This document shows positions 11,158 through 19,002 of a stretch of 64,000 nucleotides of DNA, piece by piece (the stretch's first letter is position 1; the number at the start of each line of letters is the position of its first letter). The position numbers and the translations under genes were made by a program. Source of the stretch: Desulfuromonadales bacterium (GTDB taxonomy: Bacteria > Desulfobacterota > Desulfuromonadia > Desulfuromonadales > BM103); NCBI GenBank assembly GCA_030145205.1, contig JAQYVZ010000008.1, positions 15,978 through 79,977 on the forward strand, written 5' to 3'. The notes below the pieces were generated by a model that worked only from the letters and a program-made list of their open reading frames with translations, was not told the DNA's origin and made no database searches.

Positions 11158-13728
11158 ATGTTCTGTAAACGTTTCTACCTTTTCGTAATAATTGTCGCGT
11201 GGTTGTCGCTGGTGTCCCCCTTGCCTGTCGGTTTTGCCGGGGATGTGGTCACCTTGGGCCTCGACCCTGCGGCACACAGCCTGCTCGGTGGAGAAGATCG
11301 AACGAAGCGGTTCATTCGGATCTTCGAGGAGACCTTCCAACAGGAGGTCGCCGTTCGGCCGTTCGAGAGCGCCGACGAGCTTTACCACTGGCTGGTGCGT
11401 TTCCGCCAAGTTGATTTTGCCCTGTTCGACCAGGCCTTTCTGGCGCAGCTGCCGTCCGGTGAGGTGCTGCCTTTGGCTGAGGCTCCCGGTCAGGAGAGGA
11501 CTGTTGCTCGTGGTCGCTTTGTGGCGCGTCAGGGCCTGGATGCGGTCTTGTTGCAAGACTTCAGTTCGGCACTGCTCGCGGCCACGGCTGATGTGGCTGA
11601 CCAGACGACTGCAGATGCTACTCCGGCAATTGCTGCCTCTGTTGCGGAGACTCCGTCACCGGAACCTGAACCGATCGAACCACCCGCCGCTGTTCCGTTC
11701 AAACCGGTTGCTGCCAAATCGCCGGCCACGTCGGACCCACCTCAATCCGCCAAGACATCTGATACCCCGGTTTCTCTGGAAGCGGATCAGCTTTCCTATG
11801 ATCAGGAGAGCGGTGTTTATGAGGCGGACGGGCATGTCATCCTGCGCCAGGGAGATCTCAGCCTGGTCTCCGACCAGCTGTTGCTGCAGACCGCCACTCA
11901 AGATGTGACGGCTGAGGGTGATGTGGTGATCCGCCAGGCGGATGATGAATTGAGCGGGCAGCGCATGCAGTACAACCTTGCGACCGAGCTGGGGTCCGTG
12001 CAGCAGGGCAAGGTGTTTCTCAGGGAGAAGAACTTTCATCTGGCCGGGGACTTTGTCGAGAAAAGCGGCGCGGCGACTTACCATGTGTCCGAGGGGAGCT
12101 TTACCACCTGTGACGGCGAGACGCCCGACTGGGAGTTCTCTGCCGAGTCCGTGGATGTCACCTTGGGGCGTTTTGCCACGGCGCGCAACGCCTGGTTCCG
12201 CGTCAAGGATGTGCCACTACTCTACCTTCCTTACCTGATCTACCCGGTCAACACCGAACGGGAATCGGGGTTGTTGCCGCCCAGTTTCGGTTATTCCAGC
12301 GACAAGGGCGTGCAGAGCTCCCTCGCCTGGTACCAGGTGCTCGACCGTAACCAGGACGCCACCCTCTACCTCGACCATTACTCGAAGAAAGGCCTCGGGA
12401 CGGGGTTGGAGTACCGTTACATTTTCGGCCAGGACAATGTTGGCGAGGCGCGCTACTACCATGTCAGCGGAATCTCTGATACCCCGGACCTCTATGCGCT
12501 TGAGTGGCAGCATAGTGGCACCCTGCCGGGGGGCATCCATCTGACGGCCGATGCCGAGTATGTGAATGATGTCCTCTTCTTCGATGATTTCGGCGAAGTC
12601 GCTGACGATTATAACCAGGACAAGACGCTGGCGACGCTGATTCTGCAGCGCAACTGGGACAAGCTTAACCTGGCCGGTCATCTGCGTTACCTGAAAGATC
12701 TGGAGAGCGATAACGACCTGACTCTGCAGACGTTGCCGGAGTTGAGCGCCGTTGTGCCGCGCTATCGGGTTGGGGGGACGCCACTTTACCTTGGCCTGGA
12801 GAGTTATGCGACCCGCTTCCGCAGCGAGGATGCGCCGGACGGCGAGCGCTACCTGTTGAGACCATCCGTCGGGGCGGTACTCAAACCGGACTCCTGGCTT
12901 GAGATGTCGCCAGGGGTCGCTTTGACCCAGCGCTATTACGACGCTGAGAGCATCGATGACGAGGTCACGATTCCTGAATATGTCCTGACTTTGTCGACGC
13001 ACCTTCAGAGAGTTTTTTCGTTCCAGCGCTGGGGCTTCGACAGTCTGCGTCATTCGATCGAGCCGGAGGTGTCCTATCTCTATGTGCCTGATGTCGAACA
13101 GGAGGATCTGCCCTGGTTTGATCGCTATGATCGCCTGGAGCGTCAGAACCGGATCGAATACGCTTTGATCAACCGCGTCACCGCCAAGGCTGTCAACGTT
13201 GCCGGGCCACCCAGCTATCGGGATATCCTTCGGTTGCGGCTCTCACAGAGTTACAATGTGGATGAGGCGCGCGATGACGCGATCGACGACAAAGAACCTT
13301 TCTCCGACTGGCGGGTTGAATTGGACCTGCGTCCCACGGAGAAAAGCTTTGTCGAAGTTGATGGCCGGATCACCGCCCACAATGCCCTGGTGTTCAACCA
13401 GTTGGATATCGAAGCCGGTCTGGATGACAATGCCGGCAATCGGCTGGCGGCAGGATACGCCTATCGCCGTGAATTGGCTGACGCCCCGGAACTGAGTGCC
13501 GATTATCTGAAGGCTGTGCTTGACACGGCGCTGCTCAAGCCAGTCTACCTGCACCTGGAAGAACGATACGATTTCGAAGATGAAGGCTCGCTCGAAACCC
13601 TGGTCGGTCTTGAATACCGCTCCGGCTGCTGGAGCCTGATCCTCAGCTTCCGCGATCGTCCGGATGATGAACAGGTCATGGTCAATTTCGTTCTCGCCGG
13701 TCTCGGTGGCTCGGATGGGTATTGGTAG
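11158..13728 (+). CDS. lptD: LPS-assembly outer-membrane protein LptD/OstA family with an extra N-terminal region
   Basis: Signal-like N-terminus. An OstA_N-like segment (LEADQLSYDQESGVYEADGHVILRQGD...) precedes a long aromatic/Gly-rich beta-barrel-type C-terminal region. Confidence 0.8.
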   Translation: MFCKRFYLFVIIVAWLSLVSPLPVGFAGDVVTLGLDPAAHSLLGGEDRTKRFIRIFEETFQQEVAVRPFESADELYHWLVRFRQVDFALFDQAFLAQLPSGEVLPLAEAPGQERTVARGRFVARQGLDAVLLQDFSSALLAATADVADQTTADATPAIAASVAETPSPEPEPIEPPAAVPFKPVAAKSPATSDPPQSAKTSDTPVSLEADQLSYDQESGVYEADGHVILRQGDLSLVSDQLLLQTATQDVTAEGDVVIRQADDELSGQRMQYNLATELGSVQQGKVFLREKNFHLAGDFVEKSGAATYHVSEGSFTTCDGETPDWEFSAESVDVTLGRFATARNAWFRVKDVPLLYLPYLIYPVNTERESGLLPPSFGYSSDKGVQSSLAWYQVLDRNQDATLYLDHYSKKGLGTGLEYRYIFGQDNVGEARYYHVSGISDTPDLYALEWQHSGTLPGGIHLTADAEYVNDVLFFDDFGEVADDYNQDKTLATLILQRNWDKLNLAGHLRYLKDLESDNDLTLQTLPELSAVVPRYRVGGTPLYLGLESYATRFRSEDAPDGERYLLRPSVGAVLKPDSWLEMSPGVALTQRYYDAESIDDEVTIPEYVLTLSTHLQRVFSFQRWGFDSLRHSIEPEVSYLYVPDVEQEDLPWFDRYDRLERQNRIEYALINRVTAKAVNVAGPPSYRDILRLRLSQSYNVDEARDDAIDDKEPFSDWRVELDLRPTEKSFVEVDGRITAHNALVFNQLDIEAGLDDNAGNRLAAGYAYRRELADAPELSADYLKAVLDTALLKPVYLHLEERYDFEDEGSLETLVGLEYRSGCWSLILSFRDRPDDEQVMVNFVLAGLGGSDGYW

Positions 13729-13765
13729 CGGTGTAAAGAATTAAATGTGAAAATTTTCTCTATGA

Positions 13766-13797
13766 ACGGGCAGCCCCATCCAGGGCTGTCCGTTTTT
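13766..13797 (+). terminator. rho-independent terminator after lptD
   Basis: Stem ACGGGCAGCCC / GGGCTGTCCGT (one G-T pair), followed by a T-run. Confidence 0.7.
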
Positions 13798-14072
13798 GTT
13801 TGCAGCGTTGCTCGTCATTTGTGTGCCGGATCACGTGTTGTTCGTCACCAGTTGTTTTTTCCACATTGTCCCATTTTATACTGCTTGACAGTCTCGAACC
13901 AATCGTCCGATGATCGCATTTTGTTGGCCAACCATCCGATGAGGTCTGGATGCAGACCAGGTTGGAGGACGAGTTTACATCTGGAGAGGGGGTGCGGTTC
14001 GAGTGAGGGACGTGAAGATGTAATGCCGTCATCGGATTATCTTTGACACTTTTTATTATGGAGGGATTTACA

Positions 14073-14375
14073 ATGAAAAAGATTTTGCTGGCTGTTTTAT
14101 TGCTCTGTTGTCTGGTGGCCCCTGCCGTGGCGGCCGATGCCGCCGGAACTGATGATCAGGTCGCCGTGGCGGCTGCCCAGCTATCGGTTGACCTGAACCA
14201 GGCGGGTGTCGCCGATCTGGAAACGTTGCCGGGGGTCGGACCGGCCCTGGCTGAACGGATCGTGGCCTATCGCGAAGAACATGGAGCTTTTCAGAGCGTT
14301 GATCAGTTGGTCGACGTCAAGGGAATCGGTACGAAGAAACTCGCAAAATTCAAAGAGCATGTGTCCGTAAAGTAA
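14073..14375 (+). CDS. ComEA-like helix-hairpin-helix DNA-binding protein (secreted)
   Basis: GGAGGG RBS and signal peptide MKKILLAVLLLCCLVAPAVA. HhH motifs LPGVGPALAERI and VKGIGTKKL are present. Confidence 0.85.
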   Translation: MKKILLAVLLLCCLVAPAVAADAAGTDDQVAVAAAQLSVDLNQAGVADLETLPGVGPALAERIVAYREEHGAFQSVDQLVDVKGIGTKKLAKFKEHVSVK

Positions 14376-14542
14376 TCCTCATGTGACCGGCGGACCTGTT
14401 GTTTTGCAGGTTCGCCGGTCGGCGCTTACTCCCCTGCTGTTGCAAAAGACTTGATTCTCCAGCCTTTTTAATGCGATCATGCAAAATTAGATGGTTGTCG
14501 ATGTTGGTTTTTTGAGGCGGCACGTCTGTCGCGGGGGCTGGA

Positions 14543-14890
14543 ATGGCTGAAAATACAGGCCAAGCATATCGTTCCGAAAAAGGTCGTTTGCCCCTTTGGC
14601 CTTTCACTCTGATTGCCCTGTTGCTGGGGGTCGCGCTCTTTGGCGATCGGGGCGTGGTCCACATGCTGCGCCTGAATACGCAGAAGGCGGAGCTGCTGGC
14701 CGAAGTGGCGGCGGTTGAGCATCAGGCCACCACCCTGCGCGAGGAAATCCAGGCGCTGCACTCCGACCGCCGCACCATCGAACGGATCGCCCGTACCGAG
14801 CTTGGCATGGTGCGCGAAGATGAGCTGGTGTTCCAGTTTACCTCCCGTCCGGCAACGCCGTCCGCGTCCGCTACGGACTCTTCTCAATAG
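14543..14890 (+). CDS. ftsB: cell division protein FtsB/DivIC (septum formation initiator)
   Basis: Single TM segment followed by a coiled coil, with the conserved IERIARTELGMVREDELVFQF end. Confidence 0.85.
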   Translation: MAENTGQAYRSEKGRLPLWPFTLIALLLGVALFGDRGVVHMLRLNTQKAELLAEVAAVEHQATTLREEIQALHSDRRTIERIARTELGMVREDELVFQFTSRPATPSASATDSSQ

Positions 14891-14947
14891 CTGTATTCTC
14901 CTACGTTTTTAGAGATTTTTCGTTTCTTTAATCCCTGACAAGATGGC

Positions 14948-14976
14948 TTGACAGTCTGTCGGGCCAGAGCTAACAT
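14948..14976 (+). promoter_or_regulatory. sigma70-type promoter
   Basis: TTGACA, 17-nt spacer, TAACAT. Lies upstream of the small ORF and argS. Confidence 0.55.
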
Positions 14977-15098
14977 GCACTGCCTGTTGCTACCGCGACG
15001 CAGTTCTGGTTGTGATCATGGTGGTTTGACCTGTTTTATAAATCCGACTTTTTGTATTCTGGATAAGCGTCGTCGTTCCTCCTGCGTGAGAGATACTC

Positions 15099-15275
15099 AT
15101 GAATCAAGATAAACGGACCCTCTGTGTCATTTGTGCCTGGCGGGCCAACTGCGCCAAGCGGTTTCACATGAGTCAGGATTCGACGTTGCATTGTCCCGAT
15201 TTTTCAGAAGATATATCCTTGCGGAAGTCTGCGGCCCAGGAGAATGAGGACGCTTCTTCAGAAGAGAATGAGTAA
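15099..15275 (+). CDS. small Cys-rich protein (58 aa), unannotated in the ORF track
   Basis: Open from ATG to TAA: MNQDKRTLCVICAWRANCAKRFHMSQDSTLHCPDFSEDISLRKSAAQENEDASSEENE. Cys spacing is CxxC-x5-C-x13-C. The stop lies 3 nt before the argS ATG. Confidence 0.5.
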   Translation: MNQDKRTLCVICAWRANCAKRFHMSQDSTLHCPDFSEDISLRKSAAQENEDASSEENE

Positions 15276-15278
15276 GAG

Positions 15279-16943
15279 ATGAAAGAACGTTTGAGACAAG
15301 CCATTCAGGCAGCGCTGCAGGGTTGCTTTGATGCCGGGAGTCTGAATTCCGGCATTGTGCCGGAGGTGCAGATCGAGGTTCCCGGCAACCCGCAACATGG
15401 GGATTTTTCCACGAACGTGGCCATGATGATGGCACGCGCGGAGAAGAAGGCTCCCCGTCAGATCGCCGAAACCTTGATTACGGCCCTCGGTGAGCCGAAC
15501 GATTTCTGGCAGAAGGTCGAAATCGCCGGGCCCGGTTTTATTAACTTCACCCTGGCGCCGACCTGCTGGTACCAGGTGCTCGACCGTGTTGCCAGTGAGA
15601 ATGTCACCTTCGGTCGCTCCGAGGCGGGGCGCGGTCACAAGGTGCAGGTCGAGTTCGTCAGTGCCAACCCGACCGGCCCCTTGCATATCGGCCACGGTCG
15701 TGGTGCCGCCACCGGCGACGCGGTGGCAGCTGTTCTTGAGGCCACCGGCTACGAGGTGCAGCGCGAGTACTACATCAACGACGCCGGCAATCAGATCAAT
15801 ACTTTGGGTCGTTCCTTGCTGCTACGGTATCGTGAGCTGCAGGGGGAGACGGTTGCCTTCCCTGAAGATTGTTACCAGGGCGACTATATCGTTGACCTGG
15901 CCCGTGAAGTGCTCGAGGCTGAAGGCAATCGCTTGCTGGAGATGCCTGAAACTGAGGCTGTCAACTGGTTCGGCACCTTCGGTGGTGACCGGATACTCAC
16001 CGGGATCGACGCCGACCTGCAGGCCTTCGGTATCTCCATGGACCACTGGTTCAGCGAGAAGAGCCTGTTCGATAACGGTGCTGTCAAGGAAGGACTGGCC
16101 CAGCTCGCTGAGCGTGGCTTGAGTTTCGAGCAGGATGGCGCCACCTGGTTCCGCACCACCGAGTTCGGCGACGACAAGGATCGCGTGCTGGTACGATCCA
16201 ATGGCGAAACCACCTACTTTGCCTCCGATGTGGCTTACCACATGGAGAAGCTGTCGCGTGGTTTTGAGACGATCATCGACGTCTGGGGTGCCGATCATCA
16301 CGGCTATGTGCCGCGCATGAAGGCGGTGTTTTCCGGTCTGGGTTACTCCCCGGAGACTTTGCAGGTCATCCTGGTGCAGTTGGTCAACCTGCTACGCGGC
16401 GGCGAACAGGTCGCCATGAGTACCCGCTCCGGTGAGTTTGTTACTCTGCGTGAGGTCGTCGACGAAGTTGGCCGCGACGCCTGTCGCTTCTTTTTCCTGA
16501 TGCGCCGCTCCGATAGTCAACTTGATTTTGACCTCGAGTTGGCCAAGCAGCAGAGCACCGAGAACCCGGTCTACTACGTACAATACGCGCACGCTCGGGT
16601 CTGCAGCATTAACCGCAACGCCACCGAACAGGGCGTGGCGTTGCCCGGACCGGGCGAGGCTGATCTGACCAGGCTGTCGCTAGACGAAGAACTTGCCCTG
16701 GCCAAGCTGTTGGCGCGCTACCCGGAGACTTTGTTGGGGGCCGCGCGTCACTACGAGCCGCATCGGGTGATTTTCTATCTGCAGGAGCTGGCGGCCCAGT
16801 TCCATAGCTATTATAATCGTGAGAAGGTTCTGGTCGAAGATGCTGCGATCAGCCAGGCACGTCTGGCTCTGGTCAATGCTGTTCGCACGGTGGTTCGTAA
16901 CGCTCTCGAGTTGCTGGGTGTTTCGGCGCCGGAGCGGATGTAG
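15279..16943 (+). CDS. argS: arginine--tRNA ligase
   Basis: Class-I HIGH motif (SANPTGPLHIGHGR) is present; typical ArgRS length and a C-terminal anticodon-binding region. Confidence 0.95.
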   Translation: MKERLRQAIQAALQGCFDAGSLNSGIVPEVQIEVPGNPQHGDFSTNVAMMMARAEKKAPRQIAETLITALGEPNDFWQKVEIAGPGFINFTLAPTCWYQVLDRVASENVTFGRSEAGRGHKVQVEFVSANPTGPLHIGHGRGAATGDAVAAVLEATGYEVQREYYINDAGNQINTLGRSLLLRYRELQGETVAFPEDCYQGDYIVDLAREVLEAEGNRLLEMPETEAVNWFGTFGGDRILTGIDADLQAFGISMDHWFSEKSLFDNGAVKEGLAQLAERGLSFEQDGATWFRTTEFGDDKDRVLVRSNGETTYFASDVAYHMEKLSRGFETIIDVWGADHHGYVPRMKAVFSGLGYSPETLQVILVQLVNLLRGGEQVAMSTRSGEFVTLREVVDEVGRDACRFFFLMRRSDSQLDFDLELAKQQSTENPVYYVQYAHARVCSINRNATEQGVALPGPGEADLTRLSLDEELALAKLLARYPETLLGAARHYEPHRVIFYLQELAAQFHSYYNREKVLVEDAAISQARLALVNAVRTVVRNALELLGVSAPERM

Positions 16944-16961
16944 TGGAGTGAAGGGGAGCGC

Positions 16962-17627
16962 ATGGCACAGCCTGTGATGTCGCGCAGTCAGCGGCGGGTT
17001 GAAAAGAAGCAGACTTGGATCATTGTGGTGCTGGTGCTGCTGGTTGCCGGGGTAAGTTTCGTTCTTGGCGTGATGGTTGGGCAGAAGGGCGTCTCTCTAC
17101 CGGGGTTCGGTGATGCCGAGGTTCAGGAGGTGCGCATGCCGCCAGCCACCCAGGTGGTGCCGGTTCCGCCGGAGCCTGAGCCTGCCCCAGAGCCGGAACC
17201 GGCCAAACTGACTTTTTACGATAACCTGCCTAAGGGGGACCAGGTTCCGCTTGGTAGTGGCATCAACCTGCCGCCGGAACAGGCTGCCCCCGCAACGGCG
17301 GCCAAGCCGGCTGCCGCCAAACCGACCGTGACCAAGCCGGCGCCGCAACCGAAGCCTGTCGCTCCGGTTGCCATGCCGACGGCCAGCGTTAAAGGTGAAT
17401 TCGTGGTGCAGGTCGCTTCATTCAAGACCGCAGAAGATGCGGGCAAGTATCAGACCCGGCTCGGCAAGCAAGGTCTGACGACCTTTCAGGAGCGGGCCGA
17501 TCTGGGCGCCAAAGGGGTCTGGTTTCGGGTTCTGGCCGGGCCTTATGCCGAGCGCACAGCGGCCGATCAGGTGGCGACCCTGCTGAAAGAAAAGGAACGG
17601 GTCTCGGCCTTGGTCAGAAAACGTTGA
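16962..17627 (+). CDS. SPOR domain-containing (septal peptidoglycan-binding) protein
   Basis: N-terminal TM segment, a Pro/Ala-rich linker, and a C-terminal SPOR-like fold (FVVQVASFKTAEDAGKYQTRL...WFRVLAGPY). Confidence 0.8.
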   Translation: MAQPVMSRSQRRVEKKQTWIIVVLVLLVAGVSFVLGVMVGQKGVSLPGFGDAEVQEVRMPPATQVVPVPPEPEPAPEPEPAKLTFYDNLPKGDQVPLGSGINLPPEQAAPATAAKPAAAKPTVTKPAPQPKPVAPVAMPTASVKGEFVVQVASFKTAEDAGKYQTRLGKQGLTTFQERADLGAKGVWFRVLAGPYAERTAADQVATLLKEKERVSALVRKR

Positions 17628-17654
17628 ATTTGAATTTTTTCGACATTTTTTTGC

Positions 17655-17683
17655 TTGACAACCTGCACTCCGAAGAGTAGTCT
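17655..17683 (+). promoter_or_regulatory. sigma70-type promoter for the tRNA gene
   Basis: TTGACA, 17-nt spacer, TAGTCT. Lies 13 nt upstream of the tRNA 5' end. Confidence 0.5.
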
Positions 17684-17695
17684 CCGAAGTCTTGT

Positions 17696-17777
<82 letters not shown>

Positions 17778-17782
17778 ATCAA

Positions 17783-17812
17783 GGACTTGCGTTAATTCGC
17801 AGGTCCTTTTTT
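17783..17812 (+). terminator. rho-independent terminator after the tRNA (island-side copy)
   Basis: GGACTTGCG-ttaatt-CGCAGGTCC followed by a T-run. It is homologous to the terminator at 24578-24605. Confidence 0.7.
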
Positions 17813-17817
17813 ATTGC

Positions 17818-17840
17818 CCTGTACCCTAAATTGTACCCTA
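17818..17840 (+). repeat. tandem TGTACCCTA motif pair (candidate integrase arm site, left)
   Basis: CCTGTACCCTAAATTGTACCCTA. A near-identical copy lies at 24384-24406 in the same orientation. Confidence 0.6.
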
Positions 17841-17873
17841 GGGCCTGCGTTAACACAGGATAGGAGTACAGTT

Positions 17874-19001
17874 ATGGCAAGTCTCAAGAAACGGGGTAAA
17901 AGTTACTACGCTCAATATTATGCAGGCACTCGGCAGCGCCGGGTGTGCCTGCATACCTCTTCGCTGCAAATCGCCAAGGAAAAAGTCAGGCAGATTGAGT
18001 CAGCGCAACTCAGGGGGATGGATAACCCTCTCCCGACCCGCACGCTTTTACATAAGGTTGTGCAAGCCTATCTTCAATATCTCCCCACAGTCAAAACCGT
18101 CGCGAATATTCGGCGTGATGCCTACTACCTGAGAAGCGCATTTGGACAAATCTGCCCAGAGTTGGAAATTAAGAATGAGAAGATCAGCCGTAAGGGGATT
18201 AAGTGCCCGAGCCGGAAAGAAGCGCTACCGATCCAGGTGAAATATTTTGAACAGGTAACAACACGCGACATTGCCGACTTTATTGCCGCCCAAGTTCGAA
18301 ATAAGGCACTGGCACCGAAAACGGCAAACCATTACCGGACGATACTGACTCGCCTCTATAACTGGGCCATGAGTCAGTATGGAATTAGGATGCCTAATGA
18401 CAGGAACCCGGCGTCGAAAGTGGAGCGCTACAAGGAGAAGGCCCCCAATATTCGTTTTCTGTCTTTGGCGCAAATTGACGAGCAGTTGAAATCTTTGGAG
18501 GGACAGCCTCAGTTGCAGGCAATGGTAGCGGTTTATATCTACGCTGGGTTGAGAAGGGAAGAGGCGCTTTGGTTGACGGTGGATGACATGGATTTTGATG
18601 CTGGGCCAAATGGGATGCTTCGGGTTCAGGCTAAAACGGTTGATGGTGAATCTTGGGAGCCGAAGACTAAGATTAATCGAGTGGTGCCGATTAGTAGTGC
18701 GCTTCGTAAATATCTGGATCAGTATGAGGTGGTGGAGTCTGATGGTGGGTGGTTTTTCTCAAGCTCGAAGGGAATGTGCTGGGATGTAAATAACTTTTCG
18801 AGAGAGTTGAGGAAGGTCAATCAGGCGAGCGAGCTTCCTTGGACAAATCTAGATTATCGGCACACTTTTGGTAGCCAGCTTGCCATGAAAGGGGAAAGCC
18901 TGTATAAAATCTCTAAATTAATGGGAAATTCCCCAGAGATTTGCCGTAGGCATTATGCTGCTTTAGTTCCAGAATCATTAGTTGATTCTGTTGAGTTCTG
19001 A
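17874..19001 (+). CDS. int: tyrosine-type site-specific integrase
   Basis: Begins MASLKKRGKSYYAQYY. C-terminal catalytic signature is GLRREEAL...YRHTFGSQLA...CRRHYAAL. Sits next to a tRNA. Confidence 0.9.
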   Translation: MASLKKRGKSYYAQYYAGTRQRRVCLHTSSLQIAKEKVRQIESAQLRGMDNPLPTRTLLHKVVQAYLQYLPTVKTVANIRRDAYYLRSAFGQICPELEIKNEKISRKGIKCPSRKEALPIQVKYFEQVTTRDIADFIAAQVRNKALAPKTANHYRTILTRLYNWAMSQYGIRMPNDRNPASKVERYKEKAPNIRFLSLAQIDEQLKSLEGQPQLQAMVAVYIYAGLRREEALWLTVDDMDFDAGPNGMLRVQAKTVDGESWEPKTKINRVVPISSALRKYLDQYEVVESDGGWFFSSSKGMCWDVNNFSRELRKVNQASELPWTNLDYRHTFGSQLAMKGESLYKISKLMGNSPEICRRHYAALVPESLVDSVEF

Positions 19002-19002
19002 G

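Noticed and set aside
13747-14046. 99-aa ORF in the lptD/comEA intergenic region.
   Set aside because: It spans the lptD terminator and a promoter-like element. It has no RBS and an odd Cys/Arg-rich composition, and is better explained as non-coding leader.
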